Assembly: GCA_950097015.1 (NCBI GenBank)
Contig: CATNEN010000039.1
Location: forward strand, 20,708,001-20,772,000
Source of the DNA: Macrostomum hystrix
Lineage: Eukaryota; Animalia; Platyhelminthes
Length of the DNA stretch: 64,000 nt
Reading direction: 5' to 3'
The translations under genes and the position numbers were made by a program. The number at the start of each line of letters is the position of its first letter. Within the stretch, counting starts at the first letter, position 1. Shown piece after piece: positions 37,164-51,036 of this stretch. The notes under the pieces were generated by a model that had not been told where the DNA came from, did not search any database, and worked only from the letters and a program-made list of their open reading frames with translations.

Positions 37164-38806
37164 AAGTTTATGAGCACCATATTGCTATGCTCACTGTACG
37201 TTGTTGTTTATTCTTGTTTGCGTTACATGTTTGCTTTATGCTCCGTTTTTTTCAAATAAACTGGCATTTGACCGCACACCGTCTCAGAGTCTATGCTCCT
37301 TAAGATTTTTTAAGCAAAATATTGTCTATGGCAGCTGTGTAGGCAAAGCTTGGCAGAAAAGCTAGCGTACACTTCTGTGTACGCCACTAGAGCAATTTTT
37401 CGTAACCAAATTTTTGTGGGAAAAACTTACATATATTTACTGTAGACCTGTTAAATTACTGGGCTATAGGCCTAACTGCTCACTCACAGTGAGCGCACAA
37501 AGTGTTACCCTTTTTTGGGACACCCATTATAAATATGCATACACGCTCGCATAGCGGTCTGTGCTTTAGCCAAGTCATTCAAGAGGTTTGTACCATAGAC
37601 ATGGGCTTTTGGCTGCTTTGAGCGTCCAAGGTTTTTGCATGGAGACGGAGCTAGCTATCGGAATCTGGGGTACTGTAAAAAACGTGCTCCAGATCGGTAT
37701 ATAATATATTAAAAAAAACTGACGGCTGTAGATTTTAAAAATGGATCCCTTTGAGATGTTTCGAAACATCTGAACTCCAATGAGTAAAATTCTCTTCAGC
37801 AGAAATCGTGAAAAAATCGGGTCGTATATTGTCCCGAGTATTTAGTAAGTTCCTGGTGCTGTCAGTCTGTTATCCCAGTCTTACATCGCAAAAAAGAAGG
37901 AAATATAACAAGGACAGCTGTTGCTAAAAAACGTTTTTCTAAACTTCTTTAACTATCGTTCTTCTATTGTCATCGAAATCCAAGCTTTTCGTAACTGGAA
38001 GAGTACCGTTTTGCCTGGTGGCAAAAACAACACACAACAGATCTTTGTCGTGCCAATCACGTATAATTTCACTCTTTCACAGAGGCTACAACAAACAATT
38101 AGAAAAAAGGACAACAAGTAGAGCAATGTAGATAACACGGTAAATCGATTTGTGTCGAGAATCAATGCTTTCCTCAAGCACTGAAAAGTAGAAAATAAAA
38201 TATATAAAAAAATTAATGAAACAAAGGAATAGAAAATGACACCAGACTGACGTGGGGAGGAGACAAAGGGGAAACATTTGTATCGAATTGGCAGAATGAG
38301 AACAAGTGAGTAAGCTAGCTTACAGTTTTAAGAATAAAAAACTACTCGTATGTATAATAATTGTTCTGTGAACTAATTTTGTTAATTGCTCGTCTACTAT
38401 GGACAGATGTTTTTCATTCTAGATTTGAATTTGTTAAATTAGTAGATAAGTAGATATTCTACTTAGATTTCCTAAAACGCTTCTAGAATCTGCTTGCTTT
38501 TTTTGAAGCCTTAGAAGAAAACGGAATCGATGCTAAACAAAACTAGCATATAAAAACAGGTACAACCAAATATCAACATGGATGAGTGCGATGCTATTAT
38601 ATTGGCTGTATCAAACTTGTACACATACACACAAAAACACAATGTTAGTCATGCTAAAGTCGATTCTATTAATTCATTTCATACTTAACTCTCGCTGATA
38701 AAAAAACAAGACAATCACTTAACTAGGCCCTTAGCAACTAACAAAAACACTGACTCGGAGGCTGCACTAGTTACAGCGACTCGGCCTTCCGGCCACGAAA
38801 AACTAT

Positions 38807-41800
38807 TTAGGCTTCCGACTCTTTGGCCTTCTGCTCCTTTCCGCTGCCATCTTTGGTCTGAAATTGAAAAGAAATAGAATATTGCATTATAACAATAGCT
38901 AATCATGCTTAACCAGTTTTACCTAGCATACATTAAGGCTTAGAACATTCTGCGTAAACCTTATCTTTCTACATACTTTCTCTTCTATCCTGTCTACTCA
39001 CTATACTATTTAGCCTACACACTCTACCATTTCGCCTAATTACTCTACCATTTCGCCTACTAAAATAACCAATCCGCCCACTAAAATAAACATTTCGCCT
39101 AATCACTCTACCATTCCGCCTACTCAAATAACTACTTCGCCTACTCACTCTACCATTCCGCCTCATCACTCTACCATTCCGCCTACTCACTCTACCATTC
39201 CGCCTACTCACTCTACCATTCCGCCTACTCACTCTACCATTCCGCCTACTCACTCTACCATTCCGCCTACTCACTCTACCATTCCGCCTACCTACTCAAA
39301 TAACCATTCCGCCAACTCGCTCTACTCTACCATTTAGCCTAATCGCTCAATCATCGCGACTACTCCCTTAACCACCATATCGTTTGTTCCGTTTCTATAT
39401 ACCAAATCTACAACTCCTATCTATATACTAAAAATGAAAACTATCTATATATATTCTACCCTAAAACATCAGACTTCACTACCCATACATCTAATCCAGA
39501 CATCTGCTCCTCATAGTCTCCTCCACGCAGATTCGAACCCGCGAACCAAGCTCACCTTCTGACTTTTGTCCTGCTTCTCTTCGCCAGACTCCGCCGTCGC
39601 GGCCTCCTCCTGCTCGACATCCGCGCCGCCGCTTTCCGCTGTTCGTCGAGCGCCGCCACCGCGACCTCCTCGAGGACGTCGACCGCTGCGACCGCCGCGG
39701 TAAACGTTAAACGAAGCCTGATAATGCTGCGGCTGCTGAAACTGTTGATAGCCGCCTTGGAGCGCAGGCTGACCGGCTCCAGCGATGTAGCCGCCGCGGT
39801 AGCCAGCAGAGCCGACATTGTCGTAATAGGCTGGACGACGCATGACGCGACCGAAGCCGCCGCGGGGATAAGCGGTTGGATAAGCCGGCTGCTGCATGGC
39901 GAACATGGCTCCGTAGTCGGGAGGGCCGGGCAGCGGACGATCAGACTGAAACAGCGGCGCGGGCGGATTTCATTTTTTATTTGCGGTAACTCAAGGCCCG
40001 GCTAGCTCCTAGTCCAGGGTCCACGTGTAGTCTCACCCCGCAAGTCTCATATCTCCCATGTCACATCCCGCGGGTCTTATCTCATCTCTGTCATGTCTAT
40101 CTCTTTTGTCACATCTCTTCACTGTCTGATCACTCCCATGTCTAATCTCTCCAACGTCTTTTCTTTTCCACGTCTTGTCTCTCACCTTTCTGATATTTTC
40201 CCTGTCTCGTCTCTCTATTGTCTTATCACTCGCCTTTATATATATATCCACTTGCCTTTGCCGCATCTCTCGTATTTTAATTCTGGACCCTTGGAATTCC
40301 CGTTTTTCCGCTAGACATTTAGTTTTCTGACCCCGTTGACTTATTAGCTAGCTAAGTTGTTCTTTGTTGCCTATTGGCCCTTACCATTTGGTAGCCGCCG
40401 CGACCGCCATAAAAATATGGCCGCGAGAAGCGCTGCCTGCCGCCGCGGAAGCCACCGCCGCCAGGTCGGAAACGATTCGAAGCATACTGGCTGCCCTGAA
40501 CCGGGCTGCCATCCGGTCCAGTTACATTTGACGCCTCCAGGCCTTTCTTGCCTTCCACAACATCGAACTCCACTTTTTCATTGTCGCCAACAGATCTTTG
40601 CCACTTGTTTGGATTGTTCTTGATGATGGCTGTCTGGTGGACAAATATATCTTCCTTGTTGTCATCACGATTGATGAAACCATAGCCGTTTTTTACATTG
40701 AACCACTTGACTGTGCCTGTCACCTTAGTGGCTGGGTGCAGTAAAGAATAAATGATAGAACTGGATTAAAAAATATTGACCAAAAGTTTAACTTAGAATA
40801 AATGGCTAGGCCAAAGAGCTTAAGAAATAAGAAAATGAGCTATAAAACATAAACAGAAGATAATAATTTTTATAACTTTTTATAAGCTACTTGTTATATT
40901 TTTATTGTCATTAAGAATTGAAAAAACATATGGCTACATAAATATAACCTGCTTTAAGAATGACATGCCAAGTATATATTATTTTGGAATATAGCTATGC
41001 CCTTATCAAAATAGAGCTAAAATAGAAATTACTGCTTGACTAAACCAAGTAGCAAATAAGTTCATTATACTTACTAATGCCTACACTACCTATTCCTATA
41101 TCAAACACTAAAAACTTGTAAGTTAGCTAAAGCAGTTTTACAAAAAAATGTGCCAAATAGAGACTAGCTAGCTAACAAAATAAACAATAAACAAAAAACA
41201 AAAAACAAATAAACAAAAAACAATGTATATACTAACAAAATATTATGCTAGTTGGCAAATCTTTGAGTTCAACTTTCTAACTTTTACCATATATTGGCCA
41301 GCATGATTATTGAATTTTTATTGAAACAGTTGTTTTGTAGCTAGGTCCAAAAGAACACAAGCTATGGATGGCTTTATAGCAACAACAAAGCAACTTTTAA
41401 CTATTCTGGGCATATTATTAGGCCTAGAGCTAAATTAATAAAGGTCCTAAAATTATAAAGTACATTCAGAACCCTAATTAAAAAATTGGATTGAGCTAGA
41501 GCTTAGCTTCATAGTTAGCTAGAGCATAATAATCGCTGGATTATAATATTGCACTTTAATTAGCGAATAAGGAGCTATAAAGTGTTTTAAAGACTTAAGG
41601 ATACTAGCTAGATATAAGTATCAGCCATGCCATACGCATAGGCTGTCAAAGTCTCTATTGAAACAATATGCTATTGAGCTATATAGGTGGCACACGCCTT
41701 GCTGAAATCCTAATATATGAGAGGCCTATTTCAGATATTTCTATGCAAAACATGTCTTGTTTATAGTTTCAGGGCACTAAGAAAAGTTGTCGGAGTGCGC

Positions 41801-41960
41801 TCTAGCATATACGCAAATTTATTAGGCTTATATTGAATAGAGCCGTCGTCAAGAAAAGTAAAATTAAGTCAATAAGTGCAAACCTACCAACAACTTCCTT
41901 TTCCATCTTGACATATTCGCTGATTGTATTTTGATCTTCTGCTGTTTCCTTGTCTGCCAT
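38807..41960 (-). CDS. Y-box binding protein (cold-shock domain + RG-rich tail), ~286 aa, 4 coding exons
   Basis: Exons 41960-41888, 40731-40385, 39945-39556, 38857-38807 join in frame. [31 protein letters not shown]…[15 protein letters not shown]…EASNVTGP. Confidence 0.95.
39010..39345. repeat. 21-bp intronic minisatellite (CATTCCGCCTACTCACTCTAC)
   Basis: About 15 copies, homogeneous in the core, in the last Y-box intron. Confidence 0.92.
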
Positions 41961-43455
41961 GTTGTAAACGTCAAGCTCAGCTGTTAAACCAACAAACGCT
42001 AAAATTGTTACACTACCGCCAGATTAGTGACCTGTAAAAATCTAGCTATATTTTTACTCCAATTAAAAATATTGTACAGGAATAGATAAAAAAGGTGCAA
42101 AAATGCAAATTACCAGATAAATTACACGATATGACTTTATACTATTTCCTGAAAATATTATCTTTTAAAATTGAACTAAGCTAACTACATAAAATACTCC
42201 GTTTTGTTTGTACTCATAGAACCCGTAATATGATTTAGCCGTATCGGAAGTTTAGATTTTCACATAAAACTATTTCTGTAAATTTTGATTTTCATAAGCT
42301 CGCAAAGCGAAAAATGTGTTTTAAAAAAACCATTTCTTTAGCATCATGGTTTCTGTAGTATTTTCTAAAAATGTAATGTCGTTATTACATTATTTATGTC
42401 AAGCATCACTTCAAGGTGAACCTATTATTTTATTTGTCTTTTAATTTAATTTATGCTAGCTTCGCCCTCTATATTATCTAAAATCACACAGTAAGTTTTT
42501 ATAGGCAAACAAAATATCTTTAAATATACCCCAGTGTAGCCGAACTATCAAAAACTGCTGTCAGCTAAACACGTACAGCTTCTCTCGCAAATTTATTATA
42601 AAGCGATCAAGCGCGACTTCTTCTGTTTTTTTCAGAACTTTTAGGGCTTTTTATAGCTTTCTAAAAAATTAAGCTTGTAATAATAAGCATTTAGGACAGC
42701 TCTAACGCATTAGGTGTCCCGAGTTCAGCTGCTGCTCGAGGCAAGGCAAGTTCTTTGGGGCCAGCAGCAGCACCCTATGGAGCTTATGTCGCCTCGTCTT
42801 TGTTAGGTTCTCGTCTTTGACGAAAATTTTGAAGATCCTTTGTCCTTTCTCTTGCCTTCTCTGAAGAGACTGGGGATAACTGTGCAACTGGCACTTCGGT
42901 GGCAATAATTTTTTACCCATGCCATGTATCGATTGGAATACTTCGTACTTTCATACATACATTATAGTGCATACATGTACGAGTATATAGATTGTTTGAT
43001 GCTTTTAACCTATCGTCTTCGTGATAACTGAAAATTACTAGTTTTCAATCAACGGGTTTTTAGGACTTGGGCCGATTTAACTGTACATAGCCTTACAGCT
43101 GCTGGTACATTAAGAGACTGAATTCATAAAATACGGGCAATTACATGTAAAGTGTTCTGCGATTCATTATACTGTTGGAAGAACGTAGGCCATTGCTGCC
43201 TCGTAAGCAATTTGATCTTAAAAACGAGCTAGGCTGATGCACAAGTTTTATTTCAATGTAATTCTATTCATATTATTACAATTAAAAAAGTGTGCGTGGA
43301 TTTTGATTTCGTACATTGTAAATTATTTTAATTACTGCACCTAATGCCCCGCTTGATTTGTTGCATTCTAATTTTAGCTCTCATTTCAGGGAGTGTGGCC
43401 GCTGATTCACGCGACCAATGTACGCTGAGCTGACACACTAGGTTGATAGTTTAGA

Positions 43456-43714
43456 GGGAATTCCCAAAAACCGGCCAGTCCAACGGAGAGAATGTACGTT
43501 TCGCGCGCGAGAGGATAGAGAACGCGGCATTCCAAATTTGGCCATAAGCGATGAGCCAAAGTGGACAGCGAGATATCTGACTAAATTGTGCTGCAGCCAC
43601 CCCTCCGCTAGCGGGTGATGGTGCCAAACCCCGCCAAGCCCTAAATTTAAGGCCAGAGAGAATCCAGACGAGTCAGCCAGATTGCAGTGCGATTGAGCGC
43701 AAAGCCTGACTCAG
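43456..43714 (+). promoter_or_regulatory. Candidate upstream motifs of bZIP gene 1: kappaB-like palindrome GGGAATTCCC and AP-1 site TGACTCA
   Basis: gggaattccc at ~43456 and tgactca at ~43707, within 340 bp of the ATG. Motif match only. Confidence 0.35.
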
Positions 43715-43791
43715 TGCAGCAGCGCTGATTAAAACCATAATTCCACTCCGGAGCTCATCTTCCCTTCTAGAAGCAAGCGACAGCAGTCGTC

Positions 43792-46700
43792 ATGGTGAAA
43801 GGCTTGAAAGTTCTGCGGCACAAGCGAGCCGAAGTTGGCTACTTTAACGAGTTTCTAATTGCTAAAACGCCAGTAGACTTGGAAAATTGTCCGTTCTCGA
43901 CTGTCACTCTGGCGGCGCCTGTGTCGGCGGCAACTGCAGCAACGAATAGCGGCGCTATGTCGATGGGATTTCAACAGCAGGTGTGTGTGTGGCTGGATGT
44001 AGAGATCCAGCTAGAGATCTCTCAATCAATCTAGAGATCTCCAAGTCAATCTAGAGATCACCCAGTCAATCAAGAGATCTCCCAGTCAATCTAGAGATCA
44101 CCCAGTCAATCAAGAGATCTCCCAGTCAATCTAGAGATCTCCCTGTCGATCTAAATATCTCCCTGCCAATCTAGAGATCTCCCAGTCAATCTATAGATCC
44201 CCTAATCAATCTAGAGATCTCTCAATCAATCTAGAGATCTGCCAGTCAATCTAGAGATCTCCCAGTCAATCTATAGATCCCCTAATCAATCTAGAGATCT
44301 CCCTGTCAATCTAGAAATCTCCCTGTCAATCTAGAAATCTCCTAATCAATCTAGAGATCTCCTAGTCAATCTAGAGATCTCCCTGTCGATCTAAATATCT
44401 CCCTGCCAATCTAAAGATCTCCCAGTCAATCTATAGATCCCCTAATCAATCTAGAGATCTCTCAATCAATCTAGAGATCTCCCTGTCAATCTAGAAATCT
44501 CCCAGTCAATCTATAGATATCCTAATCAATCTAGAGATCTCCCAGTCAATCTATAGATCCCCTAATCAATCTAGAGATCTCTCAATCAATCTAGAGATCT
44601 CCCAGTCAATCTATAGATCTCCCAGTCAATCTAGAGATCTGCCAGTCAATCTAGAGATCTCCCAGTCAATCTATAGATCCCCTAATCAATCTAGAGATCT
44701 CCCTGTCAATCTAGAAATCTCCCTGTCAATCTAGAAATCTCCTAATCAATCTAGAGATCTCCTAGTCAATCTAGAGATCTCCCTGTCGATCTAAATATCT
44801 CCCTGCCAATCTAAAGATCTCCCAGTCAATCTATAGATCCCCTAATCAATCTAGAGATCTCTCAATCAATCTAGAGATCTCCCTGTCAATCTAGAAATCT
44901 CCCAGTCAATCTATAGATATCCTAATCAATCTAGAGATCTCCCAGTCAATCTAGAGATCTCCCAGTCAATCTATAGATCTCCTAATCAATCTAGAGATCT
45001 CCCAGTCAATCTAGAGATCTCCCAGTCAATCTAGAGATCTCCTAATCAATCTAGAGATCTCCCAGTCAATCTAGAGATCTCCCAGTCAATCTATAGATCT
45101 CCGAATCAATATAGAGATCTCCCAGTAAATCTATAGATCTCCGAATCAATATAGAGATCTCCCAGTCACTCTATAGATCTCCTAATCAATATAGAGATCT
45201 CCCAGTCAATCTATAGATCTCCGAATCAATATAGAGATCTCCCAGTCAATCTATAGATCTCCGAATCAATATAGAGATCTCTCAATCAATCTAGAGATCC
45301 CCAATGTCCTAACCCCCAATCTTGAGATATCCCAATCTCAATCTCTCTTGAGATGCTCCGTCAATCTAAGAGATCTCTCAGTGAGTCTAGAGGTCTTTCT
45401 GTCAGTCTATAGATCGTGTATAAAATACCCTACATGCATACTCACAGCTGCAGGCAGGTCTGTTAAGTCCATCGACTGAATTTATACTGGACATCAGCAC
45501 AGCTGCAACCAGTCACCAATGGCAATATGATCATCATCACCATCAGCAGCAGCAGGCCACACAGTTGAACTCAAGCGCCGGAACAGAGCGCAATTCATCG
45601 GCTTCAAATGTCCATTCCGGGGTTGTAGCCAGACAGGAAGTGGTGGTGACGTCATCAACTGCCCCAGCTACAAGTGCGCCAGCACCTACTTTGGCAATCG
45701 GAATGAGCAAGGTATAATTCCACACTTCTCAAGATTCCCCATTCTTAATATTCCCCATTCTCAGTATCCCCTATTCTCAATTTTCCCCATTCTAAATATT
45801 CCCCATTCTTAATATTCCCCCTTCTCAATAATCCCCATTCTCAATATTACCCATTCTCACTATCCCCTATTCTCAATATTCCCCATTCTAAATATTCCCC
45901 ATTCTTAATATTCCCCCTTCTCAATAATCCCCATTCTCAATATTCCCCATTCTCACTATCCCCAATTCTTAATATTCTCCATTCTAAATATTCCCCATTC
46001 TTAATATTCCCCCTTCTCAATAATCCCCATTCTCAATATTACCCATTCTCACTATCCCCTATTCTCAATATTCCCCATTCTAAATATTACCCATTCTCCA
46101 AATTCTCCCATCGCCCCATCGCGCAGATGAAACTAAGCCTGAGTAGGAACGACTCTAGAATACCGTCTCGACCATCAACATCGACGCCGAGATCAGCTTG
46201 TTTCAAGCCTTCGTCAGCATCGTCAACATCGACGTCGGATGACACTTTTCAAAGGCGAGCAAATCGTCGACGAGAGCGCAACCGGGCCGCGGCTGCGCGG
46301 TGTCGCAAGAAGCGGCAGGACCAACTGGAAGGTCTGGCTGAGGAGGTTCGCCAACTCGAGACTGAGCGGGCCAGCCTGGAGACCCGTGTGGCCGCCCTAA
46401 CAACCGCCAGGTGAGGTTTTCTTCTAGGGGGGAAATTTTATAGGATTTCAGAATCGCTGTAAAATAATTAGTTTATGGGGCCATTATTTCTATCCTAGTT
46501 GGGCCAGATGTGCAGCCGACAGCACAGCCGCAGCTATTGCGTGGCGTATCTGAAGGCTGCGTACAGCTAGCTGTTCAGTCCATGCTAAAGGACAAAAATT
46601 GTTTGAGTGGAGTCAGGAAACGAACCCCCGACCTTCAAGGTCGTGAGTCCGACGCTCTAACCAATAGGCTACAACCGCCACTGTAACTCTAATTTCCCAT

Positions 46701-46950
46701 CAGATCCGACTTACTTCGTCGACTGCGCGAGCATCAGCTGACCTGCCCGGAGATAGCCGGCGTTGCCATGGCAACGCCCAGTCTGGTTTCCTTGGCAACA
46801 ATGAACCCGGCCAGATTTGACGCGCCCGTGCAAGGAGCTCCACCCGATGGTGGCGAGATTTTGCTGACGCCGAGTCTTCTGCTGCCGCCGCCGAACACGA
46901 GCATTCTGGATGAAGACGCCGCCGACCCATTCAAACTAGAGCCGCTTTGA
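43792..46950 (+). CDS. Fos/ATF3-like bZIP transcription factor, ~327 aa, 4 exons
   Basis: Exons 43792-43980, 45448-45711, 46127-46410, 46704-46950 join in frame. Basic region RRERNRAAAARCRKKR, heptad leucines, post-zipper HQLTC motif. Confidence 0.87.
44010..45300. repeat. 20-bp intronic minisatellite (CTAGAGATCTCCCAGTCAAT) with higher-order duplications
   Basis: About 64 copies in intron 1 of bZIP gene 1. Confidence 0.97.
45725..46110. repeat. ~18-bp intronic repeat (AATATTCCCCATTCTC), CCCATTCTC family
   Basis: Fills intron 2 of bZIP gene 1. Confidence 0.92.
46485..46680 (-). mobile_element. SINE family 1, internally deleted copy
   Basis: Head and 3' region match 3995-4304; the CORE-like middle is deleted between tttagca and tggactgaac. 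Confidence 0.85.
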
Positions 46951-47534
46951 CGTATTTTTGACGAAAAACATTATTTCTGACTACTAATAGTAGACAAACT
47001 GCGAATATTTTGCGAATTTGCATAAGTGTTTTGTTAAAAACGGTAAACTTTTGTTCAGTTCGCATTTTGCCGATGGATTTAAAAGGTAATAAATTAAAAA
47101 TTTTGCTCAGCAGCTACTACCAGATGCAAAACGAAATTTTACAACTTCGAAAAGCTGAAATATATTGTTTTTTTGCTTACTGTTTTACTAGTTTTGTACC
47201 TAAGCTGATAATTACCTTCAAGGCAATGTACAGTGTATTATTAAATGCCCTCCTAAATTTCCTTAAGCAGTGCGCTATTTCACTTTTTAGTCTAATTTTT
47301 TTCATTTTTTTTCTGTTTGTCCGCATTGTTTTATCTAGCCTAATAATTTTATTGTGTTTGCCTACTGGCTCATTATAATTATACTCGTTGCTTGCAAGTA
47401 CATTTTTGAGAGCACTTTAACTTTCTTAGTTTTTAGTTATTTACTCGGTGACTTATTTAACTTGTTTATACCTATCTAACAGCTGGGCTTACAATAGTAA
47501 CGGTTAAAACGGTGAGAATCTGTTTAACGCGGGA

Positions 47535-48520
47535 ATGGTTCTGTCTAACAGGTGAAGGATTCTGTCTAACAGGTGAAGGATTCTGTCTAACAGGTGAAGG
47601 ATTCTGTCTAACAGGTGAAGGATTCTGTCTAACAGGAGAAGGATTCTGTCTAACAGGTGAAGGATTCTGTCTAACAGGTGAAGGATTCTGTCTAACAGGT
47701 GAAGGATTCTGTCTAACAGGAGAAGGATTCTGTCTAACAGGTGAAGGATCCTGTCTAACAGGTGAAGGATCCTGTCTAACAGGTGAAGGATTCTGTCTAA
47801 CAGGTGAAGGATTCTGTCTAACAGGTGAAGGATTCTGTCTAACAGGTGAAGGATTCTGTCTAACAGGTGGAGAATTCTGTCTAACGGGTGGAGGATTCTG
47901 TCTAACAGGTGAATGATTCTTTCTAACAGGTTAACGGTTCTGTCTAACAGGTGAACGGTTCTTTCTAACAGGTGAATGATTCTTTCTAACAGGTGAATGA
48001 TTCTTTCTAACAGGTGAATGGTTCTGTCTAACAGGCGAATAGTTTTGTCTATCAGGAAAATTGTTCTGTCTAGCAGGTGACGGGTTCTGTCTAACAGGTG
48101 AATGGTTCTCTCTTACAGGTAAATTGGTTCTGTCTAACAGGTGAATGGTTCTCTCTTACAGGTAAATTGGTTCTGTCTAACAAGTTAACGGTTCTGTCTA
48201 ACAGGCGAATGGTTTTGTCTAACAGGAAAATGGTTCTGTCTAACAAGTGACGGATCCTGTCTAACAGGTGACGGGTCCTGTGTAACATGTGACGGGTCCT
48301 GTCTAACAGGTGAAGGACTCTGTCTAACAGGTGAATGGTTCTGTCTAACAGGTGAATGGTTCTGTCTAACCGGTGAATGGTTCTGTCTAACAGGTGAATG
48401 GTTTTGCCTAACGGGTGAACGGTTCTGTCTAACAGGTGAAGGATTCTGTCTAACAGGTGAATGATTCTGTCTAACAGGTCAATGGTTCTGTCTAACAGAT
48501 GAGGGGTTTTTTCTAACAGG
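47535..48520. repeat. 21-bp intergenic minisatellite (TTCTGTCTAACAGGTGAAGGA)
   Basis: About 46 copies between the two bZIP genes. Confidence 0.96.
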
Positions 48521-49093
48521 CGACATAATATGTTACATGTAATTGTGAGTTTAAAAAGAAATTTGTTTTACTACTACCATTAAGTAGCCATGTGAGAATT
48601 AAAAAAGAAAATATATCGAAATAAGTACAATTTCTAAGAAAAAAAGTGAACTTGTTCGTGCAATTTAGGGAAGAGGCTAAAACAGAAAATTGATTTCATT
48701 CTTATAAAAGATAATGCCGACGGGAACAAAGTAATAAAAAACTAAATATCTAAATTGACATAATTTTTGTTTTAAGACAAACTTGCAAAAGTTTGTACCG
48801 TTAAACAGGATTATATTTCTACAGTTTTAAACAAAATAACGAAGTAAATTAACAAAAATTCGACCCTAAAAAAATTGTGTGTTTGATTGACGTACTTGTA
48901 CAAAATAGGATCTAGCATCATTGTTAATAATAGATAGTCTTTCCTGAAATCTCACAAGGCACTACCTCATATACAGGTCTGAGTGTCGACTGTTAAAGCA
49001 TAAATATTGTTAGCGTCAGGAGCAAATATTCTACAAGGTACCAGAGCATTGAGGCAATCAGATAATATAAAAGATAATTATTAGCTGATTTTA

Positions 49094-51036
49094 ATGGACC
49101 TTGTAGACCCTGTGTTTAATCCGAACTGTCTTCAAAGACTTAGCGACAGCTCAGATACCGAAGAGGGCATTATAGTGAGGCAGCTCATTGACTACATGAC
49201 CACATCGCCAGCATCTGGAATAGGCGACGCGGATCCTGCAGAGAGCCTGCTGATGCAACTCGAAGCCGGTGACCATCATTCGGCGGGCCCAAGCGTGGTC
49301 GACGTTGACAGCCCAGACATGACTTCTGACATCGACGGTGGAAGTTCGTACAGCAAGCTGGTGAAGAAGGAGCTGCAGCTGACTATTCAACTGAGACGAC
49401 TGCAGCGCGGACAGGACGAATACGTCATGCCGAAGTCGGCTAGCAGCTCGACTAGCGTTGAAATACAGCAGGTAAAAAGTATAACTTCAACTGCGGTTGA
49501 ATTCATCGTCAGATTTATTTCGTGTTAGATTTTGGTAAGTAATGTCAGTTGTTCTGATGTCAGTTGTTCTGATGTCAGTTGTTCTGATGTCAGTTGTTCT
49601 GATGTCAGTTGTTCTGATTTCAGTTGTTCTGACGTCAGTTGTTCTGGTGTCAGTTGTTCTGATGTCAGTTGTTCTAATGTCAGTTGTTCTGATGTCAGTT
49701 GTTCTGATGTCAGTTGTTCTGATGTCAGTTGTTCTGATGTCAGTTGTTCTGATGTCAGTTGTTCTGATTTCAGTTGTTCTGACGTCAGTTGTTCTGGTGT
49801 CACTTGTTCTGATGTCAGTTGTTCTGACGTCAGTTGTTCTGATTTCAGTTGTTCTGACGTCAGTTGTTCTGATGTCACCTGTTCTGATGTCAGCTGTATT
49901 TGTGTCAGCTGTATTATTGATTTCAGATGAATTCTTGTCAGCTGTATTAGTGTCGGATGTATTAGCGTCAGCTGCATTAGTGTCAGCTGCATTAGTGTCA
50001 CCTGTATAAGTGTCAGCTGCATTAGTGTCAGCTGCATTAGTGTCAGCTGCATTAGTGTCAGCTGCACTAGTGTCAGCTGTATTTGTGTCAGCTGCATTAG
50101 TGTCAGCTGCATTAGTGTCAACTGCATTAGTGTAAGCTGCATTAGTGTCACCTGTATAAGTGTCAGCTGTATTTGTGTCAGCTGCATTAGTGTCAGCTGT
50201 ATTAGTGTCAGCTGCACTAGTGTCAGCTGTATTAGTGTCAGCTGTATTAGTGTCAGCTGCACTAGTGTCAGCTGTATTAGTGTCAGCTGTATTAGTGTCA
50301 GCTGTATTAGTGTCAGCTGCATTAGTGTCACCTGTATAAGTGTCAGCTGCACTAGTGTCAGCTGCAATAGTGTCAGCTGTATCAGAGTACCGTACCAGCG
50401 TATAGCTGAACAGGTCAGGATCATGTAACCAATAAATGCTCGCTGCCAGGTCAGTCAGGAAACCTTGGAGATGCAACGGCGAAGGAAGGAGCGTAACCGA
50501 ACGTCGGCAAGGATCTGCAGAATGCAAAGAAGAGTCAAAGAGAAGAAATTAAAAGAGGTAATTGGCCAGTTAAACTGTTTCATTATTTTACAATATTTCT
50601 AGGTAGAAGACAGCGGTAAGAGGGTAGGAATTGTGAGTAGAGAAAAGGGGAGAAAAGAAGCGGCAGAGAAGAGAGGACAGAATAAGAGGGGAGAGGAGAG
50701 AAGAGGAGTGGGTAGAGAAGGTTTGTCGATGATAAGGGCAGCTTGGTAACAATGCTTAACAATGCTTGGTAACAATGACAATTTCAGCAATTGCTTCAAC
50801 TCCAAGAAGAAATTATTCGTCTAAACCAAAAAGCGAAAAAATTCGAGCAGCTGTACAGAGGCAGTCTGAAATCATTTCCAACCAAGAGCGACTTTCAGTC
50901 CTACCTGCAGGCCAATCAGCAGCTTGTGCGCGACCCGGATGTGAAGCCGGTGCTGAAGGAGTTCTATACGCACGATTATCCTAAATTGCCCAACTTTGTC
51001 TTGATGGCTCTAGTGCCAGCCGACAGGGTGTCTTAG
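49094..51036 (+). CDS. ATF3/JDP2-like bZIP transcription factor (divergent), ~244 aa, 3 exons
   Basis: Exons 49094-49471, 50450-50557, 50788-51036 join in frame. LVKKELQLTIQLRR resembles the ATF3 VKEELRFAIQ motif; basic region RRRKERNRTSARICR; L-x6-L-x6-L-x6-F zipper. Confidence 0.8.
49540..50382. repeat. Two abutting 15-bp intronic minisatellites (GATGTCAGTTGTTCT; TGTCAGCTGCATTAG)
   Basis: 49540-49890 and 49890-50382, sharing a TGTCAG core. Confidence 0.96.

Larger units (their letters stand above)
35660..37390 (+). mobile_element. Defective Tc1/mariner element (DD41D/rosa-like) with degenerate TIRs
   Basis: 35920-36010 is inversely similar to 37280-37365; outer ends cagtagtgtac / gtacgccactag. 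Confidence 0.75.

Noticed and set aside
49487-50527. 346-aa and 299-aa pentapeptide-repeat ORFs (ADTNT, IRTTD)
   Set aside because: They are the 15-bp arrays inside a bZIP intron on the opposite strand.
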